Shown one piece after another: positions 38,239 through 50,895 of a stretch of 64,000 nt of DNA (position 1 is the first letter of the stretch; the number at the start of each line of letters is the position of its first letter). Under the pieces are notes generated by a model. That model worked only from the letters and a program-made list of their open reading frames with translations, made no database searches and was not told the DNA's origin. The position numbers were made by a program, and so were the translations under genes. The DNA lies in the NCBI GenBank assembly GCA_951406725.2, contig OX597814.1, positions 50,902,001 through 50,966,000 on the forward strand. Reading direction: 5' to 3'. Source of the stretch: Octopus vulgaris (taxonomy: Eukaryota).

Positions 38239-40979
38239 CTCCCTCTCTCCCTTCCTTTTTCTTTGTAACTATTTATCTTCACCTCTTAACTGATATAAAG
38301 CAATATTAAACATGTTGGTTGCTACCAACTTATTTAATTGGAAAGAATTGTAGAAAGAAAAGAAGGTGATAAATAAGAAAGAGAAAAAAAAATAACTCCG
38401 AATACCGTTTGTTTTATCTTTAGTCAATGCACGTTAACAGCGTTATGGGTGTTCACTTACCATGAATATAAAAATGCTATGGGACCAAATTAGAGAATGT
38501 TAAAGTCAAGTACAGTGAACTATGAATATCAATGTAGCTATAAATATGGGTTGGTCTGATTAAGCTGGGTCCACATATGTCCCTTGCTCCTTTTTAATGA
38601 CAACTGGGAGCCCCTGATTACGAATATTGTAATGCTAACTAAGAGATAGTATGGACTGTAACATAAATGCAAAAGCAAACCATTTCTTTAGTCTTTGTGC
38701 TTGTAATGCCTGCCTGGTGTACATTAAAAGTTGATATAAATGACAGTACACAGGAGACTGGCTCTAAGTTGGTTAGCTTTCACTTTTTATTCATAGAGAT
38801 GTGCAAATATATTGCAACAAAATATGTGAAAGAAGTTGAAAATGAAAAAGAAAAAAAAATAGTTATAATGCTTTGGCGAAAACTAATGTGACATATCTGT
38901 ACTGCTGCTACGGAATTCATTTGGCCTCTGCCATAATCCTCCACATAACCAAGTCATGTATGTTATATTTTTCCTTAGATAGCAATTTGTTTCCACAGAA
39001 AGAAAAAAGGAAAAGAAATGAAAAGAGCCAGTCCAATGATTATATGTGTATCAGAACTTTAACACACATCTTTGATAATTCTGATAATGGTTGATAGTGT
39101 AAAGCACTTTCTCCTGACCTATGTAGTTCTCCTGAGGTATGTTTGGCATTTTTGGCATGTCAAATCTACCCTCTACAGGCAACAAGGAAATTGTTTCAGG
39201 CATCAAGCTTTTCTAAAAATTGCCCAGCGACTTATAAATCACCCGTAGAGCTAGTTTTTAAGAAATCCATTTTGTCATGGCTACCTGAGCTCTTGTGCAT
39301 TAGAAGGTCTTGCCTAATGAAGTCAGGAATATCTATTCCTGCTACAACACTTTCTCAGTATACTCATGGGAGGAATCAACTGATTTCAGCCATTCTTGTC
39401 ACAAATATTTTCTTTCTGTGTTCACCTCAAAAAGCTTCTTAATTAAAACTGGATATGATAGACTAATCTCTCTAGAGACTTAGTTACAATGGCCTTTACC
39501 TGACTACTGGAACAGCAGCCTTTCTCTATTTCCATGGCAACAGTGTTACTCCCCAGAGTGCTGTCCCTATGGTGTCTCTTCAAACATAGAGCAAATAAAA
39601 TTCCAAAATGGCTTCCTCCAGGGAAGCAGAGCTAGTTGAAAGCAATAGAAATTGCACCAGCTCTCCTAACTTGACCCAGAGTAGCAGCACGTTTACTAAG
39701 CTCAAGGGTCACTTGTAAAATATGGAATTGGCTTCAGTTTTCTGTTTGTCAGCATCAAAATGCAGCTGCAGTTGTATGCAATGAGAAAGACTGGGCAGTC
39801 TGTTATTATATCTCTACATTTTCTAGTTGGCTTCAGTCTGTTCCTTGTATCTCGCTACTTCAAGGTTTGTACAGAGAATCCCAGTGCGATCCTGTATACA
39901 TGCACTGATTAGGACACATGTTTCAGCATTAAAATCTAAGGCTCTTTACACACTCATGCACATGCATATGCACATATATGCACGCATGCATACAAGCTCA
40001 CACTCCTCTCCAACTCCAACAAAGTTATTACAACAGTCTATGCTTGCTATAAAATGCTATTTTTGTTTAGATTCTCTTTCCTTTCCACAGTTTTCACTCC
40101 CTCTCTCTGTCTCCTCTTCTCTCTCCCTTCTCTCTCACACTCTTCATCATTTACACGAACATCATCTTCGGACTGAATTGTAAACACAGCATAATACTGT
40201 TATAATTTTCAGCTAAATAAATCTATATTACTACTGCTCCAGTTTAATATTTATTTCGAAAGTAAATTAATACATTGGTGTGTTTACTATTTTTAGCGTC
40301 AGTATTTTGAGTTTGTTTTTGTTTTTGTTTTTTTTAATCTCCACTTTTCCCCTATTATTATTATTGTATTCTTTCTTTCCAACTGCCTAGTTTACTATTA
40401 AGATATCCCTTCTATTTCCCCTGTCTGTAGAATCTTTCTCTCTTCCAACAGCTTTGTCTATTCAGCTATTTAGTTAGATATTTCACTGTTTGGCTGAGTG
40501 TAGATTTGCCTCCTTCGTGCCCTCCCTCCCTCTCTCTCTATCTATCTCTCTCTCCCTATTTGTGTATGTGCTGTTTATGTGCATGCATGTGTGTTTGTGT
40601 ATATATACACATTTATATAACAAGTATGTGTTGTATAACACATGCTTGTTATATTACATATATAATATGTAATACAACATAATATATATAATATATAATA
40701 TTATATATGTGTGTGTGTATATATTTATATACACACACACATGTGACACAGTTGTTATATTACATTTATGTGTATGTGTGAATATATATGTGTGTGTATA
40801 AATATATACCATCATCATTTAATGTTCCATTTCTATGCTGGCATGGGTTAGACATATATATATGTACATGTGTGTTTGTGTGTGTGTATATATATATATA
40901 TATAGTTAGATACATACATATATATATATACATACATACATACATACACACATACATACATACACAAGTACATCTATGT

Positions 40980-41595
40980 TAGGGCTTCTTAATCACTACC
41001 CTTGTGTTAAAGTGTATTATTCCATGAATAAACAGGTCTTCTATAGTACTGCATATCACTTTTCATTTTGGTCCTCCATCATATCTTCTGTAAGATGTAA
41101 CTTCCTTAGGTCAACCTTCACCACTTCATCCCAAGTCTTTAATATCTCACTTCCACTAACTTAGCATGCTCAGCACATTTATATGCAGCTCACATCCTCC
41201 ATATATCACATGGTTGTAACGGTGCTGCCTCTTCTCTTGCACACTTCCCTCAACGCTTCTTAAACTCAGTTTTGCTCTTAGCCCTTTGCTCTGGCATTTG
41301 TGCACACTAACATTGCACATCCAACAGAGCATATCAGCTTCATTTCTTTTTATCTTTACAAGTTTTCCGCATTCAAGGCCCATGTCTTGCTACCATTCAG
41401 CATCACAGTTCTAACACAAGCATCTTAAAATCTGCATTCCACTCCGAGGGGAAATGACCTAGCAGCAGTAATAGTTCCCTGAACTCTTTCCAACCCTTCC
41501 TTTCCTGGGCTACTTTACTTTCAGAGCAACCAACTCCCCTGCTAATTATATCCACTAGATAACAGAAGCTATCCACTACATTTAGTAAACCATCT
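40980..41595 (-). mobile_element. RTE-clade LINE, decayed C-terminal ORF fragment
   Basis: The minus strand gives VVDSFCYL, GWKEFREL, KRNEADMLCWMCNVSVH...QEKRQHRYNHV and KTWDEVVKVDLRKLHLTEDM, typical of the RTE post-RT region. Confidence 0.8.
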
Positions 41596-41596
41596 A

Positions 41597-41680
<84 letters not shown>

Positions 41681-41726
41681 AGCATGGAAAACAGACGTTA
41701 AATGATGATGATGATATATACATATA

Positions 41727-41761
<35 letters not shown>

Positions 41762-41763
<2 letters not shown>

Positions 41764-41969
41764 GGCACCTGTGCGGGTGGCACGTAAAAAGCACCCACTA
41801 CACTCTCGGAGTGGTTGGCGTTAGGAAGGGCATCCAGCCGTAGAAACACTGCCAGATTTGACTGGGCCTGATGAAGCCTTCTAGCTTCACAGACCCCAGT
41901 AGAACCGTCCAACCCATGCTAGCATGGAAAACGGACGCTAAACGATGATGATGATGATGATGATGATGA
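41762..41969 (+). mobile_element. Family B retroposon, young
   Basis: It has the family B core and a long (GAT)n tail, and is inserted in (TA)n. Confidence 0.85.
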
Positions 41970-42153
41970 TATATGTGTGTATGTAAAGGTGAGATCCAAG
42001 GATTCAGGTGTAAGAAGTTAGTAAGCTTCAAACAGTCCATAGAAGGTATAAAAACAACTTTCAGGGACAACAGTGTTTTATTGACGAGGCTCTGCTAGCT
42101 AAGAAACATATGTAGCCTGGATTTTACCTACACCATTCCCTAAATTTGGATAT

Positions 42154-42202
<49 letters not shown>

Positions 42203-42239
42203 GTGTGTATACATGAGGGATTTATCTTGTGACTGCTTT

Positions 42240-42413
42240 GTGACCTCGCTGGTGTTAGTGCCACATAAAAAGCACCCAGTGATTGGTGTTAGGAAGGGCA
42301 CCCAGCCATAGAAACCATGCCAAAGCAGACATAGAATGGGCTCATCTGTTCTTGTCAAACCATCCAACCTATGCCAGTTTAGGAAAGGGGATGTTAAATG
42401 ATGATGATGATGA
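42240..42413 (+). mobile_element. Family B retroposon, older
   Basis: It contains cacataaaaagcacc...ggtgttaggaagggcacccagcc...gttaaatgatgatg. Confidence 0.7.
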
Positions 42414-42645
42414 TAAACATGCATACGTGTGTTTTATATTTGTGTGTCATGTGCATGTGCATCTGTGTGTGTTTATATCATATTTGAAGACAAATGGAAT
42501 AAAGATCTCTTACTTGAAGGGTTAGCAATAGAAAAGTGGTAAATTAATACCTCGATAAGTTTTCATCCAACATATACTAGAATCAACATAAAATGGACAA
42601 GTGAAGATGTGTGTGTGCATATATATATATATAGAGATATAGATA

Positions 42646-42881
42646 TCATCATTATCATCATCGTTTAACGTCCATTTTCCATGCTGGCATGGTTTGGACT
42701 GTTTGACTGGGGACTGGCAAGCCAGGAGGCTGCACCAGGCTCCCTGGCAAGGTTTCTACAGCTGGATGCCAACCACTCTGAGAGTGTAGTGGGTGCTTTT
42801 GACGTGCCACCAGTATGGGAGCCAGTCAGGCGGCACTGGCATCGACCCATGCATGAATGGTGCTTATTGCGTGCCACCAGC
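42646..42881 (-). mobile_element. Family B retroposon (inverted)
   Basis: It begins (CAT)n-cgtttaacgtccattttccatgctggcat, the reverse complement of the family B tail. Confidence 0.8.
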
Positions 42882-43298
42882 ATATACATATATGTATATA
42901 TTTATACATATATGTATGTATCTATGTATATATTTACAAATATGTGTGTGTGTGTGTGTGTGTATACACACATATAACCTAGCTCAATCCATATAACCTA
43001 GCTCTCTATCTATAAATCTATCCATGTATTTATTATTGTGTCCCTTTACCTATTTTATTTTATTGTTTCATGTATATTTTACCTATCAATACACCTATCT
43101 ATTCTTCAGCCTATTATTTTTGCATTTTTTTTACTACCTAAAGATTTTTGGTTTATCTTCATTCACAATGTTGTTTCAAACCTTACATGCCATATTTCAT
43201 TCATGTAAATTTTCTCACATTTCCTATTTGTTCCCTCCATCTTTCTCTCTCTGTCTCTATCTCTCTCTCTATCTCTCTCTCTCTCTCTCTCTCCCTCT

Positions 43299-43340
<42 letters not shown>

Positions 43341-43794
43341 CTATTTACAATATGTTTCTAATAGAATTACAGCCAAGAAACAGGTAGTCACAGTTAAAGT
43401 TTGTTGCAAATGTATTTATGTTTGCATGTATCTGTGTCTGTGTGTGCATACACACACAAATTAGTATGTATATATATACTGACATATGTATATGCATGTA
43501 AAGAAATTACTGCAGTAACTTAAAGGGGTCTATAACAGCCAGTAGCACTCATTTTATGGTGTTAAGAGGATGAGAGATACATTCTCCCCTGGGTATGATG
43601 CTAGTCTATTGCATATAATGTTCCCTGATGAATAAGTGACTATTGCTGAGAGCAATGTGAATTGAGGCATACAGAGTTAAGAGTATTGCCCAAAGACCCA
43701 AAATGCCTGCAATGCATTTCAACGCGAGTCATATGAGCTGAATGCCTCAGACTGTATTCACTCAGACATTTGTTTCTCGTCATATTTATGTGGT

Positions 43795-43957
43795 GTGCAT
43801 GTATGTATGATATATATATATATATTTAGATATACACACACATATATGTATGTATATAAATACACATATATGTGTGTATATATACATATGTGTGTGTGTA
43901 TATATATATATATACACACACGCATGTGTGTATATATACACATGTATGTATATATAT

Positions 43958-43989
<32 letters not shown>

Positions 43990-43992
43990 GCA

Positions 43993-44051
<59 letters not shown>

Positions 44052-44220
44052 GTATATATATATGCGTACATATATGTTTCTATGATCAAAATATCAACCA
44101 TCAATATTATAGTGGATATGTGCATATATATGTAGTATGTGTGTGTGTGTGAATATATGTATGGTACATGTATTTGAGTGTGTATGTGTGTGTGTATATA
44201 TGATATACACACACACACAT
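43795..44220. repeat. Compound (TA)/(TG)/(CA) microsatellite array
   Basis: Directly visible. Confidence 0.9.
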
Positions 44221-44428
44221 TTACAGATAATAGGTAAGAGCTAAATATACTTAGTATAGAGAGCACATGATAGTGCTCAGATTCATTTCCACTTAAACTC
44301 TAAATTCTTCATCCTGGCCAAGGACCACAGCATCAGGAGTGGCTATTAGAGGAATCTAAAATGAGCTGATGAGGAGGCAGTAATGCAGATAAACAAGCAC
44401 TATTGGGCTCACCACATAAATACATATA

Positions 44429-44788
44429 CCATATTTGATGGCCTATAAGATGCACAAGTGCATAGGACGCACCCTAGCCTAGGCTATACTTTTGTAAAAT
44501 AAATTACCACTAAAACAATGTTCTAATTCCTCCACTTACCTGTATAACTTTATGTTATAAACAGTAATTATAAGCAATTTATTGCATTCACATTCGATAT
44601 AAACATACCGTAGGTGATTGTTCACTAATAGATGGCAGCACACATTTTGTAAATATACATGACCTCTGATGTATAATTTTGGCTAACAGTCATGAGTTTA
44701 GAGCCTACATTGAGTGCATTGGATGCAGGGGGATTTTTTAAACCATTTTGGTGTAAAAAAGGTGCATCTTATAGGCCATCAAATATGG
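44429..44788. mobile_element. Tc1/mariner-superfamily MITE (pogo/Tc2-like), 360 bp
   Basis: It has a perfect 27-bp TIR CCATATTTGATGGCCTATAAGATGCAC (44429-55 and 44762-88) and a TA TSD on both sides. Confidence 0.9.
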
Positions 44789-44834
44789 TACATATTCACA
44801 TGTGTGTGTGTATATGTATATATATTTATGTATG

Positions 44835-44862
<28 letters not shown>

Positions 44863-44865
<3 letters not shown>

Positions 44866-45153
44866 GATCACGTGAGCGACCATACCATCAGATGTTGTTA
44901 TACATCGCTGGTCACAATGCGTTCGCATTGTTTTAGCCTTCGAATGACGCCACCCCGCTGACTAAGCGAGCAGGCCAACAGAAGAAAGAGTGGTAAAAGA
45001 GTACAGCAGGGATCACCACCCCCTGCCGGAGCCTCGTGGAGCTTTTAAGGTGTTTTCGCTCAATAAACACTCACAATGCCCGGTCTGGGGATCGAAACCA
45101 CGATCCTACGACCGCGAGTCTGCTGCCCTAACCACTGGGCTATTGCACCTCCA
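44863..45153 (-). mobile_element. Family E tRNA-derived SINE
   Basis: The minus-strand head ggaggtgcaaTAGCCCAGTGGttagggcagcagactcgcggtcgtaggatcgtGGTTTCGATCCccagacc has A and B boxes. It is CpG-rich with a (TACA)n tail and lacks a proper acceptor stem. Confidence 0.8.
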
Positions 45154-45154
45154 C

Positions 45155-45513
<359 letters not shown>

Positions 45514-45765
45514 ATCATCATCATCATCATCATCATCATCGTTTAACGTCCGTTTTCCGCGCTAGCACGGGTTGGACGGTTTCGACCGGGGTCTGGGGAG
45601 CTCGGGACTGCCCCAGGCTCCAGTCTAGTCTGGCAGTGTTTCTACAGCTGGATGCCCTTCCTAACGCCAACCACTCCGCGAGTGTAGTGGGTGTTTTTTA
45701 CGTGCCACCTGCACAGGTGCCAGAGGGGTCTGGCATCGGCCACGTTCGGATGGTGCTTTTTATGT
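45514..45765 (-). mobile_element. Family B retroposon (inverted, young)
   Basis: It has a (CAT)n tail plus the family B core with CpGs intact. Confidence 0.85.
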
Positions 45766-45919
45766 GGGGGGGGGGGAATATAGGGGAGCACCAGTGGGGA
45801 GGGGTGGTTCAGAGAAATGATGACAGGTTCTAGGCAAGTAGAACGTAGGATATCAAGAGAGGGGTAATGCATGTTGAAATAGCGTATTGAAGAGGGGGGT
45901 TCGAAGAGTAGACACCTAT

Positions 45920-46107
45920 AATGGTGGTGGGAGAAGCGACATCCGGTATAGATGGAGCAAAAATATAGAGATATCCGGTATTGGTGGTGGGGGTGGGCAA
46001 GGGCGGGTGCACCAATGGTGGTGGGAGAAGCGACATCCGGTATAGATGGAGCAAAAATATAGAGATATCCGGTATTGGTGGTGGGGGTGGGTAAGGGCGG
46101 GTGCACC
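45920..46107. repeat. 94-bp tandem duplication (2 copies), G-rich
   Basis: The unit atggtggtgggagaagcgacatccgg...gggcgggtgcacc starts at 45921 and again at 46015. Confidence 0.9.
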
Positions 46108-46286
46108 GGGAATATAACGGGCTGGCTTAAAAATGCTCTTAGCAAAGGAAAAGGGGGATGGCAGACAACGTAAAAGAGGGAGAGAGAGAAGGGAAATAGT
46201 GGAACCCCGCGAAAATGGGCCGCCATTGAAAAAAACCCCTGTATGGAGAAATAATATGCAATACAAGGCGAAGCTGAAAATAGTAA

Positions 46287-46322
<36 letters not shown>

Positions 46323-46644
46323 GCAAATTTTCGACCGAGGATCAAAGGGACAATACTAATACTACTAATAATAGTAATAATAATAAATAATAAACAGCTC
46401 AACCACAACATTAGATTAGAAAGACTCTCTTATCTTGGGAACATTTCGTTCTTCTGCCTGACACGGGAATATGACGGGCTGGCTTAAAAATGCTCTTAGC
46501 AAAGGAAGAGGGGGGATGGCAGACAACGTAAAAGAGGGAGAGAGAGAAGGGAAATAGTGGAACCCCGCGAAAATGGGCCGCCATTGAAAAAAACCCCTGT
46601 ATGGAGAAATAATATGCAATACAAGGCGAAGCTGAAAATAGTAA

Positions 46645-46680
<36 letters not shown>

Positions 46681-46995
46681 GCAAATTTTCGACCGAGGAT
46701 CAAAGGGACAATACTAATACTACTAATAATAGTAATAATAATAAATAATAAACAGCTCAACCACAACATTAGATTAGAAAGACTCTCTTATCTTGGGAAC
46801 ATTTCGTTCTTCTGCCTGACACGGGAATATGACGGGCTGGCTTAAAAATGCTCTTAGCAAAGGAAGAGGGGGATGGCAGACAACGTAAAAGAGGGAGAGA
46901 GAGAAGGGAAATAGTGGAACCCCGCGAAAATGGGCCGCCATTGAAAAAAAACCCCTGTATGGAGAAATAATATGCAATACAAGGCGAAGCTGAAA

Positions 46996-47031
<36 letters not shown>

Positions 47032-47033
47032 TA

Positions 47034-47035
<2 letters not shown>
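46107..47035. repeat. Tandem repeat of about 358 bp, about 2.6 near-identical copies
   Basis: The anchor ggaaccccgcgaaaatgggcc occurs at 46201, 46559 and 46916. Confidence 0.95.
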
Positions 47036-48319
<1,284 letters not shown>

Positions 48320-48411
48320 GTTAATCCAAACAAGAAAACAAAAAGACAACAACGCAAGGACGTGGAACAAATAAAGTATTATTGGACACTCAGGAAAGAA
48401 GGGAAGAAGGA

Positions 48412-48461
<50 letters not shown>

Positions 48462-48759
48462 AATATGCAAAAACATGAAGATATTACTATAATTCCAGCT
48501 TCCCTCATCGGGTGAAGGTTAACTATTAAGATTATTATGTAACTCTGAACTTCAAGTGACAGCTGTTGAATTATAAAATTATGTATTTTGTTCATGGGAT
48601 TCTGTACTTTTGGTGCTTTTTGTGAATATGTGTGTGTGTGTGTTTTAGTTTCTAAATATATGTTGATATGTGTCTAAGTATGTATACATATATGTATATA
48701 AGTGTCAGGCCTAATTGTGTTTATCTGTGTTCTCTCTCTCTCTCTCTCTCCCTCTCTCA

Positions 48760-48950
48760 CTTTAGGTTAGTTAAATTATGCCTGTGACATATTTCAACTT
48801 CAAAAGGAAAATTCACTGCATAGAGAGAAAAAATTGTCTCCTATGGTAAAAGGGGTAAAAACACCATATCTCCATTTCTCCATGATAATTGCAATGAATT
48901 TGCCTTTAGAAGTTGAAATATGTCACATATGAATTTTAACTAACCTAAAG
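48760..48950. mobile_element. Fold-back MITE with ~60-bp TIRs (possibly PIF/Harbinger-type)
   Basis: The arm ctttaggttagttaaa...tgtgacatatttcaacttc.aaagg.aaattca.tgca recurs as its reverse complement ending at 48950. The tta|GG...CC|taa ends fit a TWA target. Confidence 0.7.
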
Positions 48951-49014
48951 CTCGTTTATTCCTAATCACTGCTTGGTGCTGATTCTGCTATTTCTATCCC
49001 AACCAGGAAGTCCA

Positions 49015-49180
49015 CTAGTGCAACCCAGTCACTGATGTTGACTGTTTTTAGTTAAAGCTATGACTTCGAATCTGCTCGAAGTTATCTCTCTTTGGTATTT
49101 CCCATTGAGGAAGGCTAAAGAGCCAGACACTTACATTTGGGATTCTGATAGAATGAGGTACTGGGCAGATATACAGTTTT
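49015..49180. repeat. Second copy of the unclassified repeat at 22080
   Basis: It is directly similar to 22080-22250. Confidence 0.65.
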
Positions 49181-50564
49181 TATGCCTTTTAATCATTTTC
49201 AGTATCTTCTCACTTTATTTTCCACTGCTGGCCTCTTTCTGTACTTCCTGGTATCTCTCCCTCTCCTCTGAGCTACCACTTAGGATTACCTCACCTCATT
49301 TTTATTACCCTCTTATGTCTGCTTTCACTCCCAACACTTTCTCATATCAACCATCCACCCACTGTCCCCAAACCTCCATCCTTATCTGTATGTGTCTCTC
49401 TCCCCCCTCTCTCTCCCCTCTCTGTCCTCTCTCTTTCTCGCTCTTTCTCCTCTCTCTCTCTCACCCCACTCACTCATGTTACTCATGATCTCCCTATTTT
49501 CTGATCTGTCTCCAGGCTTTCCCTTCTTTCTGATCTATCTACAGGTTATAATATTGCTTCTTTCAATGCTTCCTCTACAGCCACTAGTCACATCCTCCTT
49601 CTCAAGCTATTTCTTCTCTTCCATACTGATAATTACCTGCATCACACCTCAATTCTTGTACATGATTCCTTACATTAACCTCTACCTCTACTCCTAACTG
49701 CCGTCTCTCTCTTCTCACACTCCTATGAACTTACCCAACCACACCTCCTCGTCCTGAGTCTGTGCTCTTGTACCTTAAGAGTACACTCTGACTTCTCATC
49801 ACTAATATCTTTATCCTCTTTCCAACTATTCAAACTAATATAATGCAAGGTAGCAATGTATCTCTTCTGTAGCAAGATACCTGTATATGTTCTAGCATAC
49901 TTTAACCTCTCAGCACCCAGCATAAAGCCACTGGCCCTCTACTGCAATCCCATTCAGTTGAGGGAGTTTCTTTATCTTTGTCTTGTAAATTATTTGGTGA
50001 CCTTACTAGTGCTGGTGTCAGGAGAAAAGTATCCAGTACACTCTATGAAGTGTTTGACATTAGGAAGGACATCAAGCTATAGCAAACATGCCAAAGCAGA
50101 CACTGGAGTTTGACTCCAGTATCTGACTCATCAGTTACTGTTGAACCATCTAACCCATGCCAGCATGGAGGGTAGATGTTAAATGATGATGAGTTTGTGT
50201 TGTGTTGAGTGTGTGTGTCTAAAGAGAGAGAGAAAGAGGCTGAATAGCCAGATAACATTTTGACTATCTGGTTATGATTAATTTAGTTTAAATTTTCCAG
50301 TTTGTTTTTTACTCTGATTTCATCAACCTTTTCACACTTTTGCTCAACTGGGACTTATTATATATATATATGAAGATGTTTAGCACCTACTGCACTTTCA
50401 GAGTGGTTGGCGTTAGGAAGGGCATCCAGCTTAGAAACTCTGCCAGATCAGATTGGGGCCTTCTGGCTTGCCAGCCCTCAGTCAAACTGGCCCACCCAAT
50501 GATGATTATATATAGAGAGAGTTAAAGGCATTAAGCACCGAAATTATATGTTAGTCTGCATGAG

Positions 50565-50610
<46 letters not shown>

Positions 50611-50611
<1 letters not shown>

Positions 50612-50895
50612 GGCCTCATGGAGGCAAAGTGACTGAGTTCCTTTCAAGCATTAGGCCTCACGGACACAATGACCAAGAACTTGGGCATTATGTCATGCTT
50701 GAGAAAAAGACCCATCAAGCAGAGAAAAATTAGAGTTGTGGCAGATACTGGTGTCATGCAAATGGCACCTGTGCCGGTGGCATGTAAAAACACATATTAC
50801 ACTCTCTGAGTGTTTGACATAAGGAAGGACATCTAGCCGTAGAAAACCATGCCAAATCAGACTGGAGGTGCAACCTTCCAGTTTACCAGTTTGCA
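50611..50895 (+). mobile_element. RTE ORF end fused to family B sequence
   Basis: The peptide QALGLTDTMTKN..HYVMLEK runs into ggcacctgtgccggtggcatgtaaaaac (family B core). Confidence 0.7.

Noticed and set aside
38450-38640. Minus-strand ATG|GTAAGT donor suggesting an antisense exon
   Set aside because: It is a single motif with no supporting ORF or acceptor, and is expected by chance in 64 kb.
39557-39580. REST/RE1-like site (gtgctgtccctatggtg)
   Set aside because: The half-site spacing is wrong, the second half is poor, and REST is not expected in this lineage.
39827-39864. Candidate micro-exon (ttttctag|...caag|gtttgt)
   Set aside because: It is 38 nt, would shift the frame, has a weak donor and encodes no recognisable peptide.
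45075-45153. Possible tRNA gene on the minus strand
   Set aside because: A and B boxes are present, but the acceptor stem does not pair. It continues into a SINE body, so it is a SINE head.
46107-47035. CRISPR array or intact retrozyme/HDV-like ribozyme in the tandem repeat
   Set aside because: The units are whole duplicates with no unique spacers. The minus-strand CAGAAGA-ac-GAAA and CCCATTTTCGCGGG motifs lack the required core base or the P1/P2 pairings.
49060-49923. ORFs of 66-142 aa
   Set aside because: They come from pyrimidine-rich low-complexity sequence and an interspersed repeat, with no domain or splice support.
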